From: Gemmatimonadaceae bacterium
Lineage (GTDB): Bacteria; Gemmatimonadota; Gemmatimonadetes; Gemmatimonadales; Gemmatimonadaceae
Assembly: GCA_035570055.1 (NCBI GenBank)
Contig: DATMLM010000023.1
Location: forward strand, 5,876-69,875
Length of the DNA stretch: 64,000 nt
Direction of reading: 5' to 3'
Position 1 is the stretch's first letter. Each line of letters opens with the position of its first letter. The notes under the pieces are model-generated. The model did no database searches. It was not told where the DNA came from and saw only the letters and a list, made by a program, of their open reading frames with translations. Shown here piece after piece: positions 45,231 through 54,299 of the stretch. Both the position numbers and the translations under genes were made by a program.

Positions 45231-45641
45231 TTAGCTCTTCTTCAGCGCCGGCATGCCTTCGAGCACGCGCTCGATGGTCGCGACGACCTCGCGCGGCGTG
45301 CACGGCTTCGCCAAGTAGGCGGCGCAGCCGGCCTCCGCGGCGCGCTCGGGCGCGGGCGGCACGGCGTACGCGGTGAGCGCGACAACGGGAATGCGTTGCG
45401 TCTCGGGATCGGCTTTGAGCCGTCGCGTCGCCTCGAACCCATCCATTTCGGGCAACGCGATGTCCATGAGAATGACGTCGATCGGTTCATGGCGGGCGAG
45501 CGCGAGCGCGGCGGCGCCAGTCGCCGCTTCGCGCACGTGGTATCCCACGTGACGGAGGTACGCGCCGTACATCACGCGCGTATCCTCGCTGTCATCCACG
45601 ACCAACACGGTGCGCGGAGACTCTGTCACGCGCTCGAGCAT
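45231..45641 (-). CDS. single-domain response regulator (CheY-like receiver)
   Basis: VLVVDDSEDTR ... ILMDIALPEMDG ... VVALTAYA ... AAYLAKP. Confidence 0.7.
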   Translation of the reverse strand: MLERVTESPRTVLVVDDSEDTRVMYGAYLRHVGYHVREAATGAAALALARHEPIDVILMDIALPEMDGFEATRRLKADPETQRIPVVALTAYAVPPAPERAAEAGCAAYLAKPCTPREVVATIERVLEGMPALKKS

Positions 45642-45863
45642 TGGCACTCCCTCAATCTGGCGATACGTTCGGCGGCCGGACTGGCGTAGCGTCCACATGA
45701 ACGCCGTAGCCTCCAGAGCTTTGCGTCCCCGCCTTTCAGCGGGTCTGCCATTGTCGCGAGCACCCCAGGAGGGACCCTCGACGCCTGTTTCGTGCGATTG
45801 CTCTTACAATCTACCATCGCGGCAGAGGTCGACAAGCGGACAGTATGTCGCTTTCTTGTTGTT

Positions 45864-46313
45864 ATGTCGACATACACAAAGCCGGACGACGCCGAGCTGA
45901 AAACGCGGCTCACACCATTGCAGTACAAAGTCACGCAACACGAGGGAACGGAGCCACCGTTCCGCAACGAGTATTGGGATAACCACGACGCAGGCATATA
46001 TGTCGACGTGGTCTCCGGCGAACCACTTTTCAGTTCACTGGACAAGTTCGAATCCGGTACGGGGTGGCCGAGCTTCACGAAGCCCCTCGTTCCAGCCAAC
46101 GTACGGACGAAAGAAGACCGGCATTTGTTAATGAGCCGCACGGAAGTGCGCTCGGCCAACGCCGATTCGCACCTCGGGCACGTGTTTGACGATGGCCCGG
46201 CGCCGACTGGGCAACGATACTGTATGAACTCGGCATCGCTCCGATTCATCCCTGTCGATCGCCTCGAGGCCGAGGGCTATGGTCAGTTTCTGCCACTTTT
46301 TGCTCACCAGTAG
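45864..46313 (+). CDS. msrB: peptide-methionine (R)-S-oxide reductase MsrB
   Basis: [46 protein letters not shown] ... [17 protein letters not shown] ... RYCMNSASL is the canonical SelR/MsrB sequence. Confidence 0.85.
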   Translation: MSTYTKPDDAELKTRLTPLQYKVTQHEGTEPPFRNEYWDNHDAGIYVDVVSGEPLFSSLDKFESGTGWPSFTKPLVPANVRTKEDRHLLMSRTEVRSANADSHLGHVFDDGPAPTGQRYCMNSASLRFIPVDRLEAEGYGQFLPLFAHQ

Positions 46314-47142
46314 CGTCGTTTGGGCTGCCCAAACCGATACGATCACCGTTTTTGATGCCGGGAGTCTGGCGCTGCCGATCAAGGTCGCGCTGGACTCTTT
46401 TGCTGTTCGTACGCACACGGTCGTGCAGCAAGAGAACGCGGGGAGCCTGGAGACCGCCCGCAAGCTGACGGAGCTCGGGCGCATTCCCGATGTCATTGCG
46501 CTCGCGGACTACGAGGTCTTTCCGCGCTATCTCATGCCGATCCACGTGACCTGGTACGTCCAGTTCGCGCGGAATCGCATGGTGATCACATATTCCAAGA
46601 AGCAGATCACCGCGGCGAACTGGTTCGACGTGCTGACCAAGCCTGGCGTCGAGGTCGGGCGGAGCGATCCGAAGCTCGACCCGGCTGGATATCGGGCGCT
46701 GCTCGTGTGGCAGCTGGCCGAGCAGTACTACAAGCGCCCCGGGCTCGCGGACCGGCTGCTGGCTGCGGCACCGCCGCGCAATATGCGTCCCAAATCGGCC
46801 GATCTGACCGCGCTCGTGCAAACCGGCGACCTGGACTATGCATGGGAGTACGAATCGGTCGCGCAGGCCGCCGGGCTGTCCTACGTCGCGTTGCCGCACG
46901 AGATCGACCTCAGTGACGCAAAAGATTCGGCGTTCTACGCCGAGGCGAGCGTGCGTGTGGATACCGTGTTGGTTCGCGGTGAGCCGATCGTGTATGGGCT
47001 TTCGATTCCAGCACATGCGCCACACCCGGGTCCGGCGAATGCCTTTGTGCGGTTTCTGCTTTCGGCCGACGGACGGGCGATTCTGCGGCGGGAACATCTC
47101 GATGCCCTGGACGCGCCCATAACGGTCGGCCAGCGGCCATAG
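46279..47142 (+). CDS. periplasmic substrate-binding protein (molybdate/tungstate/sulfate-type, PBP-like_2)
   Basis: A signal peptide, then [21 protein letters not shown] ... [13 protein letters not shown], which is typical of ModA/TupA/WtpA-like binding proteins. Confidence 0.65.
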   Translation: MVSFCHFLLTSSVVWAAQTDTITVFDAGSLALPIKVALDSFAVRTHTVVQQENAGSLETARKLTELGRIPDVIALADYEVFPRYLMPIHVTWYVQFARNRMVITYSKKQITAANWFDVLTKPGVEVGRSDPKLDPAGYRALLVWQLAEQYYKRPGLADRLLAAAPPRNMRPKSADLTALVQTGDLDYAWEYESVAQAAGLSYVALPHEIDLSDAKDSAFYAEASVRVDTVLVRGEPIVYGLSIPAHAPHPGPANAFVRFLLSADGRAILRREHLDALDAPITVGQRP

Positions 47143-47185
47143 CGAGCGGGGCCCGGACGCTACGCGCAAGGGGTGATCTCGCCAC

Positions 47186-48571
47186 TTGCCCCTGGGGGGC
47201 GGCGGATCAATGTTGGGTCTTACGATGCCACTCGACATGATGACCGGCCTCGCCGGAGTGTCGGCCGGCGCGCGACGCGCGACCGCGCACGAGGGGTTCT
47301 TTGCGGTTCTCAGGGATTTGGCCGAGGCAGGCCAGGCACGCGGCCTCGACGGCGCGGCCATTGAGCAGGAACCAGCCTGGCGTGTCACGATGGCCGGACT
47401 GGTCACCATGCGGTTGGTCGACCGCTGGGCGAACAGTCGAGCGCCCGCGGTGCCCACGCCGACGCTGGAAGAGATCGAGGCCGTGCAGCGCGCGGTCATC
47501 GCGTGCGAGGCGGGGCCCATCCCGAACATCCTCACGGGCATGGTGCTCGCCGTCACGCGCTGGTGGGCGCGGCGGTCGCCGGTCGTGCTGACCAGCGTTC
47601 TCGCCTACGCGCGGTTGCTCGACGGCGACGATCAGCAGAACTGGAAGCTCGCCGAGGACGTCTACTTCACGTTCCTCACGCATGCGCGCACCGCCGACGA
47701 GTTCGAGCTCGTGCCCAATGCCTCGGTGCGTCTCGGCCGGTGCCGGCGCTACCTGGGCAGGCTCGCCGATGCGTCGGCGGCGTACGAGATGGCGGTCGAT
47801 GCGGCGAGCAGCGTCGGCGACGCGTACAACGCGCTGCTCGGTCGCATCGGCGCGGCGTCGGTCGTACGGCTGCGCGGCGATCTGCCGGCGGCCGAAGCGC
47901 TCCTCGACGTCGTGATCGAGGATGCACGTGCGATGTCGAATCAGCATCCGTCCTACTTCGAGACGTTGGCGCGGGCGCTGCACGAGCGAGCCTACGTCGC
48001 GTACGAGCGGGAGCAGTTCGAGTGCGCGTTGACGCACCTCCATGAAGCCATGCGCGCATACACCGAGGACCGGCTGCGGGACAATGCGCTCCATGACGTT
48101 GCCCAGGTCCTGATCGACTTGGGTCACCGCGATGCGGGGCGCGATGCGTTGCTCGTGCTGCGCGCGGCCGCATCCTCGCCCGCGCAACGCTGGCTGGCCA
48201 CCATCAATCTCCTGGAGATGGCCAGCGGTGACGGGCACGAGGTGGTCTTCGATCGGTTCGCGCGCGAGCTCTCCGCGGTGAAGACGCTGCCGCCGTACCT
48301 CGCGGCTCGGTATTACCTGAAGCTCGGCGATGGGTATCGACGCTTCGGCCACGCGGCTGCCTCGCGCAATGCGCTGGCGCGAGCGATTCATATCGCCGAG
48401 CAGCATCGATTTAATCAAGTTTTGATCATGGCGGAGCAACTCAGCGCGGCGCCGGTCTTGGCTACGCCGGATGCACGACGCCTTACTCAACCGCCCACAT
48501 CGGCCGTCGCCCGGGTCGCGAACTTCGTCCGGGAGCTACGAGAGCTAGCGACTGCTGGGGAGGCCGACTGA
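47186..48571 (+). CDS. hypothetical protein with TPR-like helical repeats
   Basis: 461 aa. An equally long antisense ORF exists (47207..48490, R-rich and noise-like). The plus-strand product has a protein-like composition. Confidence 0.35.
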   Translation: MPLGGGGSMLGLTMPLDMMTGLAGVSAGARRATAHEGFFAVLRDLAEAGQARGLDGAAIEQEPAWRVTMAGLVTMRLVDRWANSRAPAVPTPTLEEIEAVQRAVIACEAGPIPNILTGMVLAVTRWWARRSPVVLTSVLAYARLLDGDDQQNWKLAEDVYFTFLTHARTADEFELVPNASVRLGRCRRYLGRLADASAAYEMAVDAASSVGDAYNALLGRIGAASVVRLRGDLPAAEALLDVVIEDARAMSNQHPSYFETLARALHERAYVAYEREQFECALTHLHEAMRAYTEDRLRDNALHDVAQVLIDLGHRDAGRDALLVLRAAASSPAQRWLATINLLEMASGDGHEVVFDRFARELSAVKTLPPYLAARYYLKLGDGYRRFGHAAASRNALARAIHIAEQHRFNQVLIMAEQLSAAPVLATPDARRLTQPPTSAVARVANFVRELRELATAGEAD

Positions 48572-48580
48572 GCGATTAGG

Positions 48581-48739
48581 TCAGGTGTCGCTGCCCATCA
48601 ATGTGCCAGCGGATTGCATAGGCACGTTGACCCGATGCGCGCTTGGCGAAGCAGACGTGGGGGCCGTGGGGCTCGTGCACGCCGCGAGCGCGCCCGTGAC
48701 CAGCGCAACTGCCGCTAGAAGCACGAAACGTTTGGCCAT
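48581..48739 (-). CDS. small putative lipoprotein (52 aa)
   Basis: MAKRFVLLAAVALVTGALAACTSP lipobox. Confidence 0.3.
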   Translation of the reverse strand: MAKRFVLLAAVALVTGALAACTSPTAPTSASPSAHRVNVPMQSAGTLMGSDT

Positions 48740-48902
48740 GCGTTCCTCGGTATCGTGGGGGGTGTCGATCCCGTCAACTGAATAGTTGGGTCGCGTCTGG
48801 GGGGTGCCCATGTCGTCATCGCGCCAATCTCAGTCGTGAGCCAGCCACTACCGCACCGATACCTGCACGATTCCTGCCGAGTTCGCTCGATCGTTCTGTC
48901 AC

Positions 48903-49733
48903 ATGGACATAGCTGCCTATTTGCCTGACCAACTCCTGCGCCCCTTCCGTGCTGTCGTCCGCGGCGTGCACGCGGTGCACGACGTCATGGGGCTGTCGGA
49001 GCTCGAGGGCGCACTCAGGTTCTATCCAATCGATGTCGCCATTATCGATCCGCAACTCGTCGGACTCGACTCGCTGCCGGCGCTCGTCGCCGTGCTCGCG
49101 CGTCATTCGTCGGTCCACGTGATCGCATACACGACGGTGTCACCCGACGCAGTGCGCGCGCACGGCGTGCTCGCCGCGCACGGCTATCGGCACTTAATGC
49201 TCCGTGGATTCGACGACAGTCCAGAAGCGATACGGACTTTGCTGGATGCGCTACCAGCGGACACCTTGACCGAGTTGCTCCTGCCGATGATCGACGAGCT
49301 GCTCCGCAAGGTGCCGCCGTCGCTCGCGCACGCGATCGAAGAGTTGCTCCGCGCGCCGCATACGATCGCGAGCGTCGACGAGCTCGCGCGCACCGCCGTG
49401 ATGTCACGCCGCACATTCGACCGCGCCCTCGAACGCGCGGGATTGGCGCCCGGTTGGATGATCGTGCGCGTCGCGCGCGTGGTGCGGGCGTATCACTACC
49501 TGCGCACCGCGCGCGCCTCCGTGCGCGACGTCGCCAGCAAACTCGGCTACGCGACCGAGCGCGGGTTCGCCAACGAAGTGCACATCGTCTCGGGATTCCT
49601 GCCGTCGTCACTCGCCGTGCAGCTCGAGCCGCACGATTTTCTCCTGCGCATGGCCGCGCGCTTGGAGCGCACCGCCACCATGACCGACGAAGACGCCCCG
49701 CATGATTCGCACGCTGGTCATCGATCGGCCTGA
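48903..49733 (+). CDS. AraC family transcriptional regulator
   Basis: C-terminal HTH_18: SVDELARTAVMSRRTFDRALERAG ... VRDVASKLGYATERGFANEVHIVSG. Confidence 0.75.
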   Translation: MDIAAYLPDQLLRPFRAVVRGVHAVHDVMGLSELEGALRFYPIDVAIIDPQLVGLDSLPALVAVLARHSSVHVIAYTTVSPDAVRAHGVLAAHGYRHLMLRGFDDSPEAIRTLLDALPADTLTELLLPMIDELLRKVPPSLAHAIEELLRAPHTIASVDELARTAVMSRRTFDRALERAGLAPGWMIVRVARVVRAYHYLRTARASVRDVASKLGYATERGFANEVHIVSGFLPSSLAVQLEPHDFLLRMAARLERTATMTDEDAPHDSHAGHRSA

Positions 49734-50439
49734 CAAGAAGAACGCGATCACGGCCGCGATGTATACATCGCTCGCGGCCGACCTCAACGCCGCCCGCCAG
49801 GACGATGCGGTCGGCGCGGTGCTCATCACCGGCGCGGGATCGACATTTACCGCCGGTAATGACCTGCGCGACTTTCTGGAGCACCCGCCCGTGGGCGAGG
49901 ACTCCCCAGTCTTCCGCTTCCTCTTCGCGCTGGCTGAATTCGACAAGCCACTCGTCGCCGCGGTCCGCGGTCCCGCCATCGGCATCGGCACGACCATGCT
50001 GCTGCACTGCGACTTTGTTTTTGTCTCGCCGTCGGCGCGATTTCAAATGCCCTTCATCGATCTCGGGCTCGTGCCGGAAGCCGCGAGTACGCTGCTCCTG
50101 CCTCGCCTCGTCGGCTATCGGCGCGCCGCACAATGGCTGATGCTTGGCGAGCCGTTCAACGCCGAGATCGCGGTCTCCGTTGGCATCGCCAACGAGATCG
50201 TGCCTGACGACGCCCTCCTGGGCCACGCACAGGCCATCGCGGAACGGCTCGATGCCAAGCCTCGGCAAGCCATGCGATACACGAAGCATTTGCTGAGGCA
50301 CGATCGCGCCGACGTGCTGGCCGCGATTCGGCGCGAGGTGGAGTTATTTCGGGAAGCGCTGCACTCAAACGAAGCCCGCGCGGCGTTCCAAGCTTTTCTC
50401 ACTTCACAAAAAAGTACACCGTCATCGCGACCCCAATAA
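49702..50439 (+). CDS. enoyl-CoA hydratase/isomerase (crotonase) family protein
   Basis: VLITGAGSTFTAGNDL ... AAVRGPAIGIGTTMLLHCDFVFVS. Confidence 0.8.
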   Translation: MIRTLVIDRPDKKNAITAAMYTSLAADLNAARQDDAVGAVLITGAGSTFTAGNDLRDFLEHPPVGEDSPVFRFLFALAEFDKPLVAAVRGPAIGIGTTMLLHCDFVFVSPSARFQMPFIDLGLVPEAASTLLLPRLVGYRRAAQWLMLGEPFNAEIAVSVGIANEIVPDDALLGHAQAIAERLDAKPRQAMRYTKHLLRHDRADVLAAIRREVELFREALHSNEARAAFQAFLTSQKSTPSSRPQ

Positions 50440-51136
50440 CGATGACCAAGGCGCGAATGTGTGCTGGACTGACCCGCCGCGCAATCGCCCCACCCGCGTA
50501 GCCGCCGACGATAGCTGCCACCGCCATGAGGAGCGCCGGCGGCCACACGATCTTGTGCGCAATCGCAAACGTGACGACGGCGACCGCGTTCAAGCAGCCA
50601 GAGAGCAACGCCTTGATGCCGTTCATCTGATGCACGTCGGTGAACCCGGCCACGGTCATCATGCCGAGCATCAAGATGCCGATGCCGCCGCCGAAGTAGC
50701 CGCCGTAGATCGCGATGAAAAATTGCCCGATGAGAATGGCATTCGGGCTCACGTGGACGCGCGAGCGGACAGCCTGTGCGACGTGGCGCCCACCGGCAAA
50801 TAGCAGCGTCGCGCCAAGCAGCAGCCACGGAATGAGTCGCGAGAATGTGGTCTCGGGTGTCCACAGGAGCAAAAGCGCGCCAACCAGCCCGCCGACCAAG
50901 CTGATCGAGACGAGCCCGATCAAGAACCCGCGGCCGAGCCCCGCGACGTCGCGGCGATAAGCCAGCGCACTGGCCAGCGCACCCGGACAGACGGCCGCGG
51001 TGCTCGTCGCGTTGGCCGCGATCGGCGAGATACCCGCGACGATGAGCGCCGGGAACGTGAGAAATGTGCCGCCGCCGGCGACGGCATTGATGGCTCCCGC
51101 CAGAAACGCGGCGGAAACGAGGAGCAGGGCGTTCAG
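50399..51136 (-). CDS. sulfite exporter TauE/SafE family membrane protein
   Basis: The track ORF begins at TTG 50923. The in-frame upstream 71 codons still encode a bona fide TauE N-terminus (NALLLVSAAFLAGAINAVAGGGTFLTFPALIVAGISPIAANATSTAAVCPG) with no ATG/GTG/TTG. A candidate CTG start at 51136 overlaps the upstream TGA (CTGA). Confidence 0.6.
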   Translation of the reverse strand: MNALLLVSAAFLAGAINAVAGGGTFLTFPALIVAGISPIAANATSTAAVCPGALASALAYRRDVAGLGRGFLIGLVSISLVGGLVGALLLLWTPETTFSRLIPWLLLGATLLFAGGRHVAQAVRSRVHVSPNAILIGQFFIAIYGGYFGGGIGILMLGMMTVAGFTDVHQMNGIKALLSGCLNAVAVVTFAIAHKIVWPPALLMAVAAIVGGYAGGAIARRVSPAHIRALVIVIGVAMTVYFFVK

Positions 51137-52149
51137 TGGAACGACCGCAGCGCTTTCTTGGCGTCGCCGTCCTTCGGATCGATCGTCACCGCCAATTCAT
51201 ACTCGGCCCGCGCCGAATCCGGCAAGTTCACCCGCGCGAACACCTGGGCGAGTCGGGAGTGCGCGCGAGACAGTTGCACGCGCTTCGAGGGATTCACGCC
51301 GGCGGGCGAGGCGATGAAGCGCTCGAGTGCGGTCGCCGCGTCCTCGAGCCGGCGGCCGGACAGTGCGCCGACGCGGCCAAGCTCATAGAGCGTCTGCCAA
51401 TCGTCGGGATGGAGCGCCAGCCGCCGGTCGAGCACCGCGAACGCCGAGTCGTACTGCTCACCGGTGGCGAGCCAGTCCGCCCGGGCGACATACCCCAGGC
51501 TCGAGTCGGGAAACGCCGTCATGAGTGAGTCGGTCGTGATGTGCACGCACGTCGAGTCGCGCGATACACGACAGGTGATCAGCATCGACTGGAGTCCGTA
51601 GTACGGCGCCCACTGGCCGAGCTCGACCGACATCTCGCGGGCGCGATCTTTGTTTCCGCCGACGATGCCCGGGGCCTGCGCATAGTACTCGATCAAGTCC
51701 GTGCGCGCGTCGAGGTTCGTCGAGTCGAGCGTGACAGCTTTCTCGAATGCGGCCTTACACCGGTGCGCGAGCTTGTACTTCATGAAGAAATCGGATTCCA
51801 GCGCGTGCCCGGCGTAGGCTTGGCCGAGTTTGTCCCAGTACATCGGGTTGTCGGGATCGAGCGCGACGGCGCGCTCGAACCAGTCGACCGCCGGACCGTA
51901 ACGGCCATCGTCGAGCGCCGCGAGTCCGAGATCGAACGCGGCAACCGCGCTCGTTTTCCCGTAGGGCTCGAGCAGCGGGACCGCCGCCGTGCGATTGCCC
52001 GCATCGAACAGCGCCAGGCCGGTCGCGAGGCCCGAGTCGGGCGCGACCTGGGCCTGGAGCTGCATCGTGAGCAACACGCAGAGCGCGAGGTGCACAGAAA
52101 CCCCCCTGATCCGGGACTGGCCGAAGCCGCATAACGTAACGCGTGCCAA
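51133..52149 (-). CDS. secreted TPR repeat protein
   Basis: A signal peptide plus multiple TPR units (AVALDPDNPMYWDKLGQAYAG..., LAVTIDPKDGDAKKAL). Confidence 0.6.
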   Translation of the reverse strand: MARVTLCGFGQSRIRGVSVHLALCVLLTMQLQAQVAPDSGLATGLALFDAGNRTAAVPLLEPYGKTSAVAAFDLGLAALDDGRYGPAVDWFERAVALDPDNPMYWDKLGQAYAGHALESDFFMKYKLAHRCKAAFEKAVTLDSTNLDARTDLIEYYAQAPGIVGGNKDRAREMSVELGQWAPYYGLQSMLITCRVSRDSTCVHITTDSLMTAFPDSSLGYVARADWLATGEQYDSAFAVLDRRLALHPDDWQTLYELGRVGALSGRRLEDAATALERFIASPAGVNPSKRVQLSRAHSRLAQVFARVNLPDSARAEYELAVTIDPKDGDAKKALRSFH

Positions 52150-52154
52150 GCAGT

Positions 52155-52508
52155 TCAGCCGCGCGCCCGCCGCAGGACGGCAGCAAATGCCCCTGGGTCG
52201 ATCGGCAGCGTGATCATCGGCAGTCCGTACGGTTGAGCGCGCTCCAGCACTTCCGACGTGAGTCGGCCAGGGCTGAACGCGACCGCGGAAATCCCCTCGC
52301 GCTGGAGTCCCTGCAGAAACTCGGGCGCGAAGCCGTCCGGGTGGTCAATGTCGATCAGGATGATGTGTGGGCGGGCTCGTCGAATGGCGTCTTCAGGCGT
52401 CTCACGCGCGTCATCGTGGATCTCGACGTCATACCCCTCGACCTGCGCAAATGCTCCGAGCAGGGCCGCCGTGGGCGAGTCCGTCGAGACGATCAGCACC
52501 GTGAGCAT
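52155..52508 (-). CDS. receiver (REC)-like stand-alone domain protein
   Basis: MLTVLIVSTD ... PHIILIDIDHPDG ... follows the CheY-fold pattern. The assignment is weak. Confidence 0.4.
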   Translation of the reverse strand: MLTVLIVSTDSPTAALLGAFAQVEGYDVEIHDDARETPEDAIRRARPHIILIDIDHPDGFAPEFLQGLQREGISAVAFSPGRLTSEVLERAQPYGLPMITLPIDPGAFAAVLRRARG

Positions 52509-52516
52509 AGCCGGCG

Positions 52517-53872
52517 TTGATCATCGCACGGCCTATGCCTGTCTCTATAAGTATGGGATCGCTGTCACTCGTTGTGTTCGCCTTTGGTGCGACAGTCGCG
52601 CTGCTCGCTATGGTCGCGCAGGTCGTACGCGGCCGATCGAGCGACGCCTGCGGGAGTGCCACGTGGGACGATGGGCGATCGTTGCACCGGCGCGAGGGGC
52701 TCATCGTCGGCCGCACGCGCTGGCGGTTGCTCCGATATGCCGGTTACGGACATATCGTGACCGTCGCGCCGACACGATCCGGCAAAGGCGTGGGAGCGGT
52801 GATCCCGAACTTGCTGCTCTATCCCGGATCGATCGTCGTCACGGACCCCAAGGGCGAGAACTACGCGGTCACCGCCGCGCGGCGCCGTGCGCTCGGACAC
52901 CGCGTGCTGGCGTACGACCCGTTCGGTGTGATCGCCTCGGATGACGATCGCGCGTCGTACAATCCGCTCGATCACGTCAGGGGTGTCGACGATGCCCGGC
53001 TCGTCGCGGACATGCTCGTTGTCCCGGACGGCCGCAACGAGCCGTTCTGGGAAGAAGAAGCGCGCGCGCTGCTTGTCGGCTTGATTCTTCACGCGAGAAC
53101 GTCGCTCGTGACCGTGCGCGGATACCTCACGCTCTCGGCACGCGAGCTTCGGGGGCTGCTCGCGGAGATGGCCGCGAGCAAGAACGCGATCGTGCGGCGG
53201 GCAGCGGCCCAGATCGGCCAAAAGAGTCCCCGCGAGCGCTCGGCCGTGCTCTCGACCGCCCAGAGCCATACCCATTTTCTCGACAGCCCGGCGATGATTC
53301 AGGCGCTCGGCGAGACGCGGCGACCCGGTGGAGGCGCGGAGACGACGACGTATCTGATCCTGCCGCCCGAGCGCATCGATGGCTACCGGCGTTGGCTCCG
53401 GCTCATGATCGGCTCGATGCTGAATCTCATCACGCGCCAGCGTCGCGCGCAACGCGTCCTGTTCCTGCTCGACGAGTTCGCGCACCTGGGGCGGATGCGT
53501 CCGGTCGAGCAGGGTATCTCGCTCGTCGGCGGCTACGGCGTCGGATTCTGGCTGCTCATTCAGGATCTCGCGCAGCTGCGCGCGATCTATGGCGAGAACG
53601 CTTCGACGTTTCTCGCCAACGCCGAGGTATTGCAGGCGTTCGGCATCAACGACTACGAGACGGCCGAGCACCTCTCGCGACTCGCCGGTGAGACGACGGT
53701 GGAGACGCGCGGGCGGCGGCTCATCACGGCCGACGAGATTCGCCGATTGGCGCCCGATCTCCAAATGCTGTTCCTGCGCGGTCACGCGCCGATCGCGGCG
53801 CGGCGTGTGAGCTATCTTCGCGATCGAGCGTTTCGTGGACTGGCTGAGCCGAATCCTCTCGCTCTGGATTAA
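52517..53872 (+). CDS. type IV secretion coupling protein (TraG/VirD4/TraD family), short form
   Basis: Walker A VAPTRSGKGVGAVIPNLL, Walker B VLFLLDEFAHLG, and an N-terminal TM. It is 451 aa, shorter than typical T4CPs. Confidence 0.7.
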   Translation: MIIARPMPVSISMGSLSLVVFAFGATVALLAMVAQVVRGRSSDACGSATWDDGRSLHRREGLIVGRTRWRLLRYAGYGHIVTVAPTRSGKGVGAVIPNLLLYPGSIVVTDPKGENYAVTAARRRALGHRVLAYDPFGVIASDDDRASYNPLDHVRGVDDARLVADMLVVPDGRNEPFWEEEARALLVGLILHARTSLVTVRGYLTLSARELRGLLAEMAASKNAIVRRAAAQIGQKSPRERSAVLSTAQSHTHFLDSPAMIQALGETRRPGGGAETTTYLILPPERIDGYRRWLRLMIGSMLNLITRQRRAQRVLFLLDEFAHLGRMRPVEQGISLVGGYGVGFWLLIQDLAQLRAIYGENASTFLANAEVLQAFGINDYETAEHLSRLAGETTVETRGRRLITADEIRRLAPDLQMLFLRGHAPIAARRVSYLRDRAFRGLAEPNPLALD

Positions 53873-54299
53873 TCTCAGTCCGAGTTTGCCGCTCGGCGTC
53901 TATCGGCCAGTTAATGCTCCGGTGACGCGCGGCGCTATCGTCGTCGTCTGCCTGCCGTTGGCGATCGGGCGCTTGGCTCGTGAGCGCGGGTATCTCGGCT
54001 ACGGGCCGTGTCCCGGGCACGTGGAACGGTTGGGCAAACGGGTCGCCGCTGTCGCGGGCGACACCGTCGAGACCCATGCCGAGGGCGTTCGCATCAACGG
54101 GTTTCTGATTCCCGGGAGCCGCCCGCTCGACGCCGATTCGCGCGGGAGGAAATTGCCGCGACCCGAGGAGCGAATAGTCGTGCGACCGGGCGAGCTATTC
54201 CTGCTGGCCACAGACAACCGGCGTAGCTTCGACAGTCGCTACTTCGGCCCAGTCGCCGCCACTGATCTCGTTGTTGTCGAGCGCCTAGTCCCGCATTGA
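53835..54299 (+). CDS. S26 family signal peptidase, conjugative TraF-like
   Basis: GAIVVVCLPLAIG ... LGKRVAAVAGDTVETHAEGVRINGFLIP ... RRSFDSRYFGPV, as in TraF/S26 peptidases. It lies directly after the TraG-like gene. Confidence 0.65.
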   Translation: MDWLSRILSLWINLSPSLPLGVYRPVNAPVTRGAIVVVCLPLAIGRLARERGYLGYGPCPGHVERLGKRVAAVAGDTVETHAEGVRINGFLIPGSRPLDADSRGRKLPRPEERIVVRPGELFLLATDNRRSFDSRYFGPVAATDLVVVERLVPH

